Assembly (NCBI RefSeq): GCF_964244015.1
Contig: NZ_CAXTHO010000001.1
Coordinates: 4,364 to 68,363, forward strand
Direction of reading: 5' to 3'
Length of the DNA: 64,000 nt
Source: an uncultured Amnibacterium sp.
GTDB taxonomy: Bacteria > Actinomycetota > Actinomycetes > Actinomycetales > Microbacteriaceae
The number at the start of each line of letters is the position of its first letter. The stretch's first letter is position 1. The translations under genes and the position numbers were made by a program. The notes beneath the pieces are model-generated. The model was not told the origin of the DNA. It worked only from the letters and a program-made list of their open reading frames with translations, and searched no databases. Positions 20,493 through 30,098 of the stretch are shown piece by piece.

Positions 20493-20936
20493 GTGATCAA
20501 CGGAGAGACGCGCGAGGCAACCCTTGCACAAGGCAAGCCTGTCACCGTGGACGGTCGGACTCGGTCGAATTTTGCAGATCGGCCACTCGGCGCAGCAGTC
20601 ACCGTTATTTTGGTTACGTTCGCATCTTTCGTGCTACCTGTCGTGGCCTGGGTGATTGGCGTGGTCTGTCTGGTTCGTTCGACTCGGTGGACCAGGGTGG
20701 ACAAGGTTGTGGGAATACTGGGTTGGCCGCTGGCCTGGGTAGGGATCCTTGCTCTCCGAGGTTTCTCTGGCGCGCAATTGTCCCCGCGAACAGCTCGTTG
20801 TACGGATCTGGGGTTCTGCGTTCCTAATCCGCCTGTGCCCGCTCCGGGGTCGGTGTTTACGATTATACTCTTCCTCGCGGCGATTCAGTGCGTCGTCTTC
20901 GCCTATCTCACGATTCGCTACAAGCGGGGTCGGTAG
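20493..20936 (+). CDS. Hypothetical membrane protein (about 3-4 TM)
   Basis: VLPVVAWVIGVVCLVRSTRWTRVDKVVG; start inferred at GTG 20493. Confidence 0.55.
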   Translation: MINGETREATLAQGKPVTVDGRTRSNFADRPLGAAVTVILVTFASFVLPVVAWVIGVVCLVRSTRWTRVDKVVGILGWPLAWVGILALRGFSGAQLSPRTARCTDLGFCVPNPPVPAPGSVFTIILFLAAIQCVVFAYLTIRYKRGR

Positions 20937-20964
20937 CGGTCCTAACATTGCCACGCAGTAATAG

Positions 20965-22152
20965 TTATTTTATTGCGGGTGGCTGCGCTCGCTGCTCCGT
21001 GTAACTGCGTCCATGTTTAAGCGAAGACCACACCGGTGACGCGGTCGCATTTGCAAATGATCCTGATCCTGATCCTGATCCGGAGCCACCGGCGGGGAGC
21101 TTCGGCTTCGGCTTCGGCTTCGGCACGAGGGCCTTGACGTTCGGTGTGCCCGGGGTCTTCACCCAGTCGTTGGATGCGCAGTAGGTCGCGATGTCGGTGG
21201 TGAGCGCTGACTTCTCGGCCGTGTTGACCGCGAGCTTCCAGCGGTACTTCACCGCGATCCAGTTGCGGACGTAGGTGCAGCGATACGAGGTGAGGGTCGG
21301 GAGGTAGGCGTTCGGCTCTCGATCGCCCTTGGACCGGTTGGCGTGCGTTGTCACGGCGGTGAGGGACGCGCCGTACCCAAGGTCGTTCGCATTCGCCTCG
21401 CGCTCCTTGGCGCTCCAGCCGTAGGCGCCGGACGTCCATGCTTCCTCGACCGGCACGAGGTGGTCGATGTCGAGCTTGCTCGCCACGGTGGTCGCCGTGC
21501 CGTCGTAGGGCGAGGTCCATGTGCCCTTCTTCACGGTGTGCCGGGTGTTCTCCGTGACCTTCGTCTTCGACTCGCTCTTCAGCACCTCCGCGCGGGTGTT
21601 CTCGTGGTCCCCGTTGGCGTCGATCCAGAGCTCGAACTTCGTCCGCTTGTAGCTCGAGCTGTGCGACTCGGCCTTGACCTTCAGCTTGCCGAGAAGCGCG
21701 AGGGCAGACGACTTGCCCGTCGGGGGAGTGAGGACCTGCGTCACGGTCTTCGTGAAGTCGGTGCTCGTCATACAGGGGAGTGCGGTGAAGGTGCTGTCGA
21801 GCGCGCAGGACGTCACCGCGATCGAGACCGCCGCTGGGCCAGCGCTCTTGGCGCGCGGCACCCGGACGACGTAGTCGCTATCGGAGTCGTACGCGCCCGC
21901 GTTGACCGTGTCGACGACAACGCCGTCGACGAGCGTCTCGAACTTCCCGCTCGCGGGGTACGTGTCCTCATCGGCGCTGCCGATGGCGTCCCAGTCGTAC
22001 TGAGCCGTCAGGGTGTTGTCCCGCCAGGACGCGGACGCGTTCTCGATCTCCGAGGTTGCGCCGGAGTCGGCGTGTGCGGCGAGTCCAGGCGCGAGCACCA
22101 GGAGCCCGGCGAGGGCGGCGGTCGTCAGGACAGCGAGGGGACGCTTCATCAC
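20965..22152 (-). CDS. Secreted HNH-type nuclease (DUF1524-like) with signal peptide
   Basis: Signal ending AAHA; WTSPYDG, LDIDHLVP..EAW.SGA, ANDL, NRSKGD; PK and GS repeat tail. Confidence 0.8.
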   Translation of the reverse strand: MMKRPLAVLTTAALAGLLVLAPGLAAHADSGATSEIENASASWRDNTLTAQYDWDAIGSADEDTYPASGKFETLVDGVVVDTVNAGAYDSDSDYVVRVPRAKSAGPAAVSIAVTSCALDSTFTALPCMTSTDFTKTVTQVLTPPTGKSSALALLGKLKVKAESHSSSYKRTKFELWIDANGDHENTRAEVLKSESKTKVTENTRHTVKKGTWTSPYDGTATTVASKLDIDHLVPVEEAWTSGAYGWSAKEREANANDLGYGASLTAVTTHANRSKGDREPNAYLPTLTSYRCTYVRNWIAVKYRWKLAVNTAEKSALTTDIATYCASNDWVKTPGTPNVKALVPKPKPKPKLPAGGSGSGSGSGSFANATASPVWSSLKHGRSYTEQRAQPPAIK

Positions 22153-22689
22153 GGCTCCTTGGTGTAGGCGATGAGCTGCACGCTAGGGCGCAGCAATGGT
22201 CTGCGTGACTACCTCACGGCGCGCCGCGGCCGCCTGCCCTTGGTTCCAGGAACGGCACCAGCGGCGTGTCCCTGATCGCCGCGTCGGACGGCGTCTGGGG
22301 CTCCGCCTGTGGATAAGTCGCACGGCGATCTCCACGTCGAGAGCAGGATGGTTCCATGGACAACCTCGCCCGGTATCGCTGCCCGCGCTGTCTCGGAAGG
22401 CTCGACGCTCTGGACGTAGGCAATGCGCAGGCGGCCCTTGGATGCAGAGAGTGCGAGTTCGTGGAGGAGTCAGTCGCGGTACCCGAAATGGTGCAGCACC
22501 CCCACGACGGACTCTTGTCCTTTCCCGGGTTCTGAGCGAACACAGCGAGCCGATTGCCCTCGTTGGGTCGCCGATAGCTGAGAAAGCGATAAGAGCAAGC
22601 GGCCACAGGATTGCTTATTTGCAATTGATGCGAGAACTTGCAACACTATTCCCATTGTCTTTGTTGACCTACCCAGCCGAAGGAAACCC

Positions 22690-23034
22690 ATGGCCCAGAA
22701 GTACATTGTCCAGCTCGTTGATGACCTCACGAACGAGCCCATCGAGGACGGCGCGGGGGAGAGCGTGCAGTTCGCTCTCGACGGCGTCAGCTTCGCGATC
22801 GACCTCAACACCGAGCACGCGGAAGAGTTCCGCGGCGCTCTGAGCAAGTACGTCTCGGCCGCCCGCAAGGCGGACGCTGCGTCCTCTAAGAGCCGGCCGA
22901 CGGCGCGCACCGCTTCGGCTGCCAAGAGCGATCTCAAGAACGTCCGCGAGTGGGCTTCTAAGAACGGCTTCGAGGTATCGAGCCGCGGCCGCATTCCCGG
23001 CAATGTCCAGCAGGCGTACGCCGCCGCGCACTGA
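22690..23034 (+). CDS. lsr2: Lsr2 family nucleoid-associated / xenogeneic silencing protein
   Basis: MAQK..VQLVDDL, FALDGV...IDL and VREWA..NG.EVSSRGRIP (RGR AT-hook). Confidence 0.95.
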   Translation: MAQKYIVQLVDDLTNEPIEDGAGESVQFALDGVSFAIDLNTEHAEEFRGALSKYVSAARKADAASSKSRPTARTASAAKSDLKNVREWASKNGFEVSSRGRIPGNVQQAYAAAH

Positions 23035-23589
23035 CCTTGGACCTACCAGTGGCCCGCGGCTCATCGGTCGCGGGCCACTGGTCGTTTAACTGGGCGGCAG
23101 AACCGCTGAGTCGCTCGCGCAAGGCGACCGCCGATCAGACACTTTGCCTAGCTCGAGCCCCGCAAAGACCCCACAATTTGCTGCGACACGCCGCGAACTC
23201 TTGCGATGCCGATAAACCGAGAAATCAGGGTTCTTCCTGGTCCGCAGCCTCTTCTGCGATCTCCCGACTATCGGTAAAACCTACGGAGCGCTGACGATCG
23301 CTCTGTCCACGTCGTCTTGCGCCAAGAACCCTTCCTTCATAAGCACGTCCGTGCCCATCTGCTTCGCCCGCTGAACTGAACCTGTCATCGGCGGCGAGAT
23401 GCAGAGCTCGATGGTTGAGCGCCTATCGCTCGAACCCCCACGGGTGAAGGAGACCGAGAGCGATGGGCCGAGATCAACTGGCGGGGCGCTGCTTCCGCCC
23501 ACATGTTTCTGTCGCAGGGGCCGTCGAGATCGACCTCCACCGTAAGCCTCAATGAAGGCGCGGCCCTCGCGGTCGGATGAAGGCGGGTC

Positions 23590-26500
23590 TTAGGTGTTTG
23601 CCGACTCAAGGCGCGCGGTTGCCGCGATGATCAGGTCATCAAGGTCCGTCTCGGCTCCTGTGGTGTGGGCCATGACCCGTACCGCCCACTCGAGATGCTC
23701 GACCGGGTCCTCGACGTCGCGCAGCTCGGCGCATCTACGCGCCACGCGGAACCCGATCTCGATGTCAATTGCGGTCAACAGCGGTGCACGGCCTCGTGCT
23801 GCCATGAGGGCGAGCACCCGTGCAGCAATGGCGGGCGCGGCGTGAAAACGTCTGGCTGCGCCCATCATCGCCATCTCCTGGAAGGTGTCTACAGACCCGC
23901 CTAATTGGATGACGCGCTCCATGATCGAGAACCAGTCCCCTAGAGCGTGATTGCCGGCCCACCATGCGGGACGAGCGAGCGCTGAAGAGACCAACGAAGG
24001 TTCCCCGCGATTCAGCACGATGTCTTCGATCATCACGTCGATGGTCACTGGCTGCTCGGCCACGCCGCTCCGAGCGAGCTTGACCACAGCGTCTTCCTGC
24101 TCTCGAGCGATCCGAGCCACTTCGTCCGCGGTCACGTCTGGCGACTTGAGCGGTTGAAGCCGAGCAGCTTCCTGCAGATTCACCGTGCCGAAGGTTGCGA
24201 CGCCGAATGCGGAGGCGAGCCTACGCTGAGCGGCGTCATCACTCCAGAGGGGGAGTCCGAGCTGGTGTGCGAGGTCAATTGGGTCCAACCAGGGCGCTGC
24301 GTCATCGTTGAGATCCAGATTGACGATCCGGTCCGCGACATCAACCGGAGCTACCTCGACTGATTCCGCGATCCGAAGCATCCGGTTCGCCCGCTCGAGT
24401 ACGGCGATCTGCTGAGCCGGATCGGAGGGTCGCAGAATTGGGCGTTCGCCCATTGCATCCCAACTGAGACGCCCAACTGAAGCGGTATCGGCTCGAGCAG
24501 CGACTGCCGACACAGCAAGGTCCCGCTTCGCAGAAACCGGCTGGGCAACGCGGGCGAATTCGTTGAGCGCATCGGTCGCCGCATCGAGATCGGGAAGGAG
24601 GTCGAGCACGGAGGAGTCGATTACGACGCCGCCGCCACGAGCAGTGGCCGCCGCCTCCACCTCGCTCGCGTGTACTTCCCCATCGGCGGCGGAGCCGAAT
24701 CGAACACCCAGGATCCGTCGTGCCAGCGTCAACCCGTACGGCTCGCGCAGCGTGGTGGCAAGCATGCCCAACGGCAGAACACCGCCGGCTACTTGGTCTC
24801 CGAGTCGACGAACGGCGTCCGCATGATCGCTCGTGCTCGCGGTGCGTAGGCGCTCTGCAAGAGGGCTGGCCTGAAGGTCAACTGTCGTCAGCAGTTCGAT
24901 GCCACTGCCAGACCTGCTCGCAGCCCTTGCCAAGATCGCGAACGCGTCCGCGTGCACCTGCCCCGGGACTTGGACGCGAAGGTCGGGCGTATCTACTTCG
25001 TCGTCATCGTCCTCCGTGTCGATGCTGACTTCGTCTGTAGCCGGGTCCTCGCCCCGGGTCTGGCCAATGAGGGTCTGCGCAATGTGCTGCGCGAGCTCGG
25101 GTTCCTCGCCCTCGAGTCGCTTCGCGAGCTCGATTGCCGAAATGGCGGTCTCGGCACTCCAGCCAGTGAGCACGTGGACGTTAACCCAGACCGTGGCCTC
25201 GCCCACCGAGACAGGGACCTTCGGGAAACGGTCGATCACTGTGCGCGCACGTGGCCAGTCCTCGAGCTTGCCGGCGCAGACGAGCGCGTTCCACAGCGCG
25301 GAGTCGGGCCACGACTCCTCCGGGTACTCGAGCACGGCTTCGAACTGGCGCAGGGCTCCTCGGTAGTCATTGCCAGCTGCGAGCACCTCGCCAAGCTGCA
25401 CTCTGTACTGCAGGAGTTGCAGGCCGCTCAGCAGACCGGAGGCAAGTCCCTCCTCAAGCAGACGTCGAACGTTCGACATGTCAGCGGCGGCGAATGCGAA
25501 CCGCACTTCTAGGTCGAGGAAGCTGACGTCGTGTAGCCGCTCGAACGAGCGCCGTGCCAGTGCCGCGGCGCCAGCACGGTCGCCGTTTTCAGCCATTGCG
25601 TCGATGAGGATGTGAGCTGCAAGCGGGTCTCGCGCTGAAAGACGGCGGAGCTCCTGGTCGATCACAGCTGGTTCCCGCGCATGTCGAGCCACCACACCGA
25701 TCAGCGCTTTGTAGTCGGCCGGGACTGACGCGTTCCGAAGTCGGTCGAACTCGGCGGACGCGTCATCACCGAGGAGCGCGAGTTCGAAGACGCGTTGCAC
25801 GAATAAGCCCGCGAATGCCGCCGCGTCTGGCCGCTCGATGGCGCGGCGCAGCACCGCGCGGCGCTCTTCGTCTCCCGCCGCTTCGGACGCGAACTCATCG
25901 AGCGCGTCCTGTCTTGCTGCTGCAGGCTGAATTCGGCCAAGGATGGCGCGGACTGCCTGCTCACTTCGGTCAAGTCGTTTCGCGGTGAAAGCTGCGAGGT
26001 GCGCGATGAACGGGTCTGCGACCTCAGCGGCGGTCGCCTCTCCTTCCGGGGCAGGAAGGCATGCTCTGAGCGCTTCGTCGAGCCGCGTCTGCATACCCAG
26101 CACCCGAACCAGGATCTCGAGCGGGTCGCGGGTTGAGCCACCCCACTTGCGTCGTTGATGAATTGCCTCGCGCGCGTAGTGCTCGGCGGCGCTGAGGTCG
26201 GTTACGGAGCCGGCTGGTGTTCGACTTCGGTTGGCGAGGGCGACCGCGAGTTCAATCATGTGCCCGGACGACGCGGGTTCGATCTCGAGCGCAGACTGCA
26301 GCGGCGGAATGGCAGCCGCCCAATCATGCTTACGAAGCGCTCGGGTAGCGCGCAGTGCGTGGACGAGGACATCTGCCTTGTCCGACCCGAGCTGATCGAG
26401 TACCGGATCGTCCTCGTCCGATCCGCTGCCTCCGCCCGTCCAGCCCACGACGGTCGCCGCGATTGCGACCGCAGCTTCTTTGGAATCACGCGCTCGAGCA

Positions 26501-27303
26501 TCCGCGAGCAGTTTGGCCGCGCGATCTCGGTCCGGGTCCGCCATCGCTGCAACCGCGAGGTGTCGAGCTGCACGAGACTCATCAACGTTTGCCGCGATCT
26601 CCAGCGCGCGAGCCTGGGCGGCGTGAAGTCCGTGTTCAGCACAGAAGTTCGCGACGGCAAGTGGCCCGTGCCGTCCCGCAGCCGCGAGCCACTCTGAGCT
26701 GGCCAACACTTGGTCGACCGCCGCCGACGGGTTAGGTCCTGTTAACCGTTGGGCCAGATGCCCCGCGCGGATTGAGTCAAGCTCCTGGAGCGCTTCGAGA
26801 TGGGTTGCGCAGGAGGGCGGAAGACGATCGAGTGCCGCGTTGAACAGCACCGCGTGTTCGCGCACGCGGCGCTCCAGCATCGCGCCCCAGTCGGGAAGTG
26901 CCTGGTCAACCGGCTGGGCTCTCGGTACGAGTACCCGCCACCGCTTCGTGGTGCGGTCAACAGTCCGAAGTGAGATCTCCTGCCAGTACGCCTTCTCAGT
27001 CTCGATGTCGACGAGCACGACGATCACTGGCAGCGCGTGCTGCAACCAGTAGGAGGCGTGCGGCTCGTCGAACGAGAACCACCAGCCGCCTGGACCGCGC
27101 GGGCGGAAGAAGCTCGGACCACCTTTGACCTGGACGGCGATCAGCTCTCCTGTGGGACGACTGCCCTCAGTGCGCTCGACGTGGACATCGATGCCCCAGT
27201 CGTGCACGAATTGTTCGCGAGGCAGCCACCCGAGGCGTGCGACCATCACTGAGAAGAGGGATACCCCGAGTTGACCGGTCTGACCTGTTGGCGCCACCGG
27301 CAC
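23590..27303 (-). CDS. DUF4365 (restriction-endonuclease-like) - TPR - PIN domain protein
   Basis: N-terminal DWGIDVHVE...IAVQVKGG; long helical repeats; C-terminal VVIDSSVL...LAHQLGLPLWSDD. Confidence 0.75.
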   Translation of the reverse strand: MPVAPTGQTGQLGVSLFSVMVARLGWLPREQFVHDWGIDVHVERTEGSRPTGELIAVQVKGGPSFFRPRGPGGWWFSFDEPHASYWLQHALPVIVVLVDIETEKAYWQEISLRTVDRTTKRWRVLVPRAQPVDQALPDWGAMLERRVREHAVLFNAALDRLPPSCATHLEALQELDSIRAGHLAQRLTGPNPSAAVDQVLASSEWLAAAGRHGPLAVANFCAEHGLHAAQARALEIAANVDESRAARHLAVAAMADPDRDRAAKLLADARARDSKEAAVAIAATVVGWTGGGSGSDEDDPVLDQLGSDKADVLVHALRATRALRKHDWAAAIPPLQSALEIEPASSGHMIELAVALANRSRTPAGSVTDLSAAEHYAREAIHQRRKWGGSTRDPLEILVRVLGMQTRLDEALRACLPAPEGEATAAEVADPFIAHLAAFTAKRLDRSEQAVRAILGRIQPAAARQDALDEFASEAAGDEERRAVLRRAIERPDAAAFAGLFVQRVFELALLGDDASAEFDRLRNASVPADYKALIGVVARHAREPAVIDQELRRLSARDPLAAHILIDAMAENGDRAGAAALARRSFERLHDVSFLDLEVRFAFAAADMSNVRRLLEEGLASGLLSGLQLLQYRVQLGEVLAAGNDYRGALRQFEAVLEYPEESWPDSALWNALVCAGKLEDWPRARTVIDRFPKVPVSVGEATVWVNVHVLTGWSAETAISAIELAKRLEGEEPELAQHIAQTLIGQTRGEDPATDEVSIDTEDDDDEVDTPDLRVQVPGQVHADAFAILARAASRSGSGIELLTTVDLQASPLAERLRTASTSDHADAVRRLGDQVAGGVLPLGMLATTLREPYGLTLARRILGVRFGSAADGEVHASEVEAAATARGGGVVIDSSVLDLLPDLDAATDALNEFARVAQPVSAKRDLAVSAVAARADTASVGRLSWDAMGERPILRPSDPAQQIAVLERANRMLRIAESVEVAPVDVADRIVNLDLNDDAAPWLDPIDLAHQLGLPLWSDDAAQRRLASAFGVATFGTVNLQEAARLQPLKSPDVTADEVARIAREQEDAVVKLARSGVAEQPVTIDVMIEDIVLNRGEPSLVSSALARPAWWAGNHALGDWFSIMERVIQLGGSVDTFQEMAMMGAARRFHAAPAIAARVLALMAARGRAPLLTAIDIEIGFRVARRCAELRDVEDPVEHLEWAVRVMAHTTGAETDLDDLIIAATARLESANT

Positions 27304-27677
27304 CCCTCTCGCCTTAACGCATCCATAGCGTAAGTACGACGAGGTTGCATCCCGACCCTCGGGGCTGACCGCGGTCGCCTTGGAGGCGATACTCGAAGTC
27401 GCTCAGTCAGTTGAACGGCGCACTGCCCCAACATCTCCACTGCAGTCCGCGCAAGCGTGGGTCACGAGCCGATGTCGCGTGGCACACTCAGTCAGCATTG
27501 GGAGCGGTGGGCGCTGTGTACCGCTCGCCGTCTTCGAGCCGCTCCGAATCTTCGATGTTGGAGACCAGCGGTCTGATACTTTCCCGATCGAGACCTCGCT
27601 GGATAGGGAGCTTTATGGCATCGCTCGACTGAGCGCGGACACCTATCATCGGGCGCCTCACTCGAGTACTCGCAGTC

Positions 27678-28013
27678 GTGATGCTCGGCCTTTTCACGGC
27701 GGGCGGAGCATTGGCCGTCATTCCGGCTGTTGCACGACTCGGGCTAGACCTCGTCTGGATAGGGGTCGTGCTAGCAATTGTTACAGCCGTGTCGGTTCTG
27801 GCGGATTTAGGGCGCCGATTTCTTGGAGCCAGACAAAATCGCGCAGATCGGCTTGAACTCCTTCTGATGCGGGTGAATAGAGACTATCTGGTCCGGCGCG
27901 GCGCCGAAGTGGATTTGGATCGCGTCGCAGAATTAGGTAACGCCGTAATCGGTACGGCGCATGCTACGGAGGCCGAGTTGCTCGCGCGTATCCACCGCGA
28001 TCTTCAATTGTGA
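27678..28013 (+). CDS. 2-TM hypothetical protein, possibly the 3' part of an interrupted gene
   Basis: Two hydrophobic helices then a charged helical tail; in-frame TGA at 27630 upstream. Confidence 0.4.
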   Translation: MMLGLFTAGGALAVIPAVARLGLDLVWIGVVLAIVTAVSVLADLGRRFLGARQNRADRLELLLMRVNRDYLVRRGAEVDLDRVAELGNAVIGTAHATEAELLARIHRDLQL

Positions 28014-28057
28014 CCTGTCTCAATCCAAACGCGCCTTGAGCGCAACCGGACGCTACG

Positions 28058-28588
28058 TCACACGTCGTCCTGCCGTGACGGGGGCGGCGCCAAGTTGGGA
28101 GCGAGCGGCCATCCGTGTATCGCGCCTTTCGTGACGACAATCTTGTAGGTCGTCCCCGACTGCGACACGCCGATTATCGCGTTACCGCTCTGCGTTCTAT
28201 TTGGGTCGTTGTAGGCGCTCACAAGCTCGGCCTGCGCCTCAATGCGACTTAGAGCCGGGTTCGTGAAAGTGTGAGTGCCGCGTTTGGAGTAATCCTTGCC
28301 GTCCTTCGTGATGTGGAGTTCGGCGCGGACCGTCCCCGTCCTGACGTCGACGGCCACCTCTCTCGCGTCGTACTTGTGCGCCTCAGGGTTTCGCACGTGC
28401 ATGATCAATTTATCGAGCGGGACGTGGTGAAGACCGACAAGCTTGCCCCCCTTCTCATCCAGCCTGCCCTCGAATTGAATAGGGTCGACCGTCGGGGGAG
28501 CGTCTTGAACCGGCTTAGTCGGGGCGCGTGTAGGGCCCACGGGCGCTTGCGGCGACGTGAGCTGCGCTGGAGGCTTAATACAGGCCAT
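28058..28588 (-). CDS. Putative EndoU-like ribonuclease (stand-alone toxin domain)
   Basis: FEGRLD...LVGLHH, K..GTHTFT.P..SR.E....LVSAY, IIGVSQSG..Y, terminal HGWP follow the order of bacterial EndoU motifs; GAGGT RBS. Confidence 0.6.
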   Translation of the reverse strand: MACIKPPAQLTSPQAPVGPTRAPTKPVQDAPPTVDPIQFEGRLDEKGGKLVGLHHVPLDKLIMHVRNPEAHKYDAREVAVDVRTGTVRAELHITKDGKDYSKRGTHTFTNPALSRIEAQAELVSAYNDPNRTQSGNAIIGVSQSGTTYKIVVTKGAIHGWPLAPNLAPPPSRQDDV

Positions 28589-28655
28589 GGGGGGACCTCG
28601 TCTGCGGCATGGAAACTCATATACTACCGCTTCCGAAGTGCAAAGCGGAGGTGTC

Positions 28656-30098
28656 ATGAAGGAACACTGGCTGCTGCTTGCTGCTTCCGCGCCACCCGAA
28701 TTGTGGGAGATCTGGGACCGCGCCGATGTACTGCCCGACCGCCTCTATCGTCCGTCGGAAGACGACGGTCCAACGACGCTCGCGGCGGCAGCGTCGGCGC
28801 TCGCGCAGTCGGCCATGGAGGCACCAGACGGCCTCATCCCGCTGACCTATGTAGATGATCGCTCGCTCGCGTGCCTCGCGGTCACGGACGACGTCGACTT
28901 CGGCTGGAAGGCTGGTTGGGTCCTGCGCTGGCACCTCGACGAGATACCTGCACTCCGTCAGGGCCGCCCCCTCGATCGCAGTCTCGGTGAGTTCATGCAG
29001 TCCCTCTCCGAAGAAACGGGACCGGGCTGGCAGGTCGGACTCGACGGGATGAGGGAGGTCTCTGCGAGGTACCAGTCGGAGTTTGTCGTGCCCGGCATCA
29101 CGCCGAAGTCGTACGACCTGCGGCCGTTCCAGCTTGCGTCGCAGAACGTCGTCATCGGCCTCGCGGCAGTCCGGTACGACGCTCGCTTCGACGGCTCTTC
29201 GGTCGTGCACTGGCTCACAAGCGATGTGCCGCACGTCGCAACATTCGAGGGGGTCCGGGCGCTTGCGGCGCTCATCCTCTGCGATGCATTCCAGTCGGGT
29301 GGCACCATGGAGATCGACTTTTCGGAGCATCCTGAGCGGGGCGTGCCCGCGTCCCTGCGGCGCTACGGGCGCACCGTTGGCATCGAGCTTGGAGCAGAGA
29401 TGCCCGGCGGAGTCAGCATCTCGCCATCTGAGTCGCGCCAGCTCTTCTGGAAGGTCACGCCGATGCCGGACTCGCTGCGGTACCGCGCGCAGTTCCTGAT
29501 CGACGGTGGACTGCTAACGGTTGAGCGCCTCTGCTACTCCGTGCTCGCCCCGGTATGGACACCGGAGGCGCTGGACTTCCTCGTGGCGGTCGCGGCGCCG
29601 AATCGTCTCGGGTCCATCCTGAGCGGTGAGACCGATCCTCGGCGGAGGGGTTCGGGATTCGAGTACGCCCTAATGCGGGCGGCACTCGTGTTCGAGACCT
29701 TCCTAAGGCGCCTGGATGCCCGGGACGGTGCCGCTGGTGACGACGGTGAAAGCGAGCGAGTGTTCGAGGACACCCGACACGGTGTCAGCTGGACCGTCCT
29801 CGACGAGTCAGGTGCGGTACTCATCGAGGGGTATCCCGCGGGAGCGCTCCCGTGGAGTTCGGGTTCGGAGAGTGACGGCCGGATCGTGGTCCTACCTCGT
29901 GCTCACGTCGCGCCACCCGACGTCGACCTCCTCGCGGAACTCGAGCGAGTCCACGATGCGCCGGCTCGCGTCATCGTCCCGCAGGATGCGGTGGTCGGGC
30001 CCCACCCCGAGGCAGTACTACGCGCGCCCGCCCGACAGTCCGAATTCGACGCCCGCATCGAGCGCAACATCGTCGCGGCGAGGCTCGGCCGCGCGTGA
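28656..30098 (+). CDS. SUKH/SMI1-KNR4-like N-terminal domain plus unknown C-terminal domain
   Basis: GLIPLTYVDDRSLACL...VLRWHLDE...LDRSLGEFM pattern; GGAGGT RBS; GTGA coupling to the next gene. Confidence 0.6.
   Translation: MKEHWLLLAASAPPELWEIWDRADVLPDRLYRPSEDDGPTTLAAAASALAQSAMEAPDGLIPLTYVDDRSLACLAVTDDVDFGWKAGWVLRWHLDEIPALRQGRPLDRSLGEFMQSLSEETGPGWQVGLDGMREVSARYQSEFVVPGITPKSYDLRPFQLASQNVVIGLAAVRYDARFDGSSVVHWLTSDVPHVATFEGVRALAALILCDAFQSGGTMEIDFSEHPERGVPASLRRYGRTVGIELGAEMPGGVSISPSESRQLFWKVTPMPDSLRYRAQFLIDGGLLTVERLCYSVLAPVWTPEALDFLVAVAAPNRLGSILSGETDPRRRGSGFEYALMRAALVFETFLRRLDARDGAAGDDGESERVFEDTRHGVSWTVLDESGAVLIEGYPAGALPWSSGSESDGRIVVLPRAHVAPPDVDLLAELERVHDAPARVIVPQDAVVGPHPEAVLRAPARQSEFDARIERNIVAARLGRA

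Noticed and set aside
23037-23589. Possible small ORF between lsr2 and the DUF4365 gene
   Set aside because: Several overlapping short frames, none with convincing start signals or motifs
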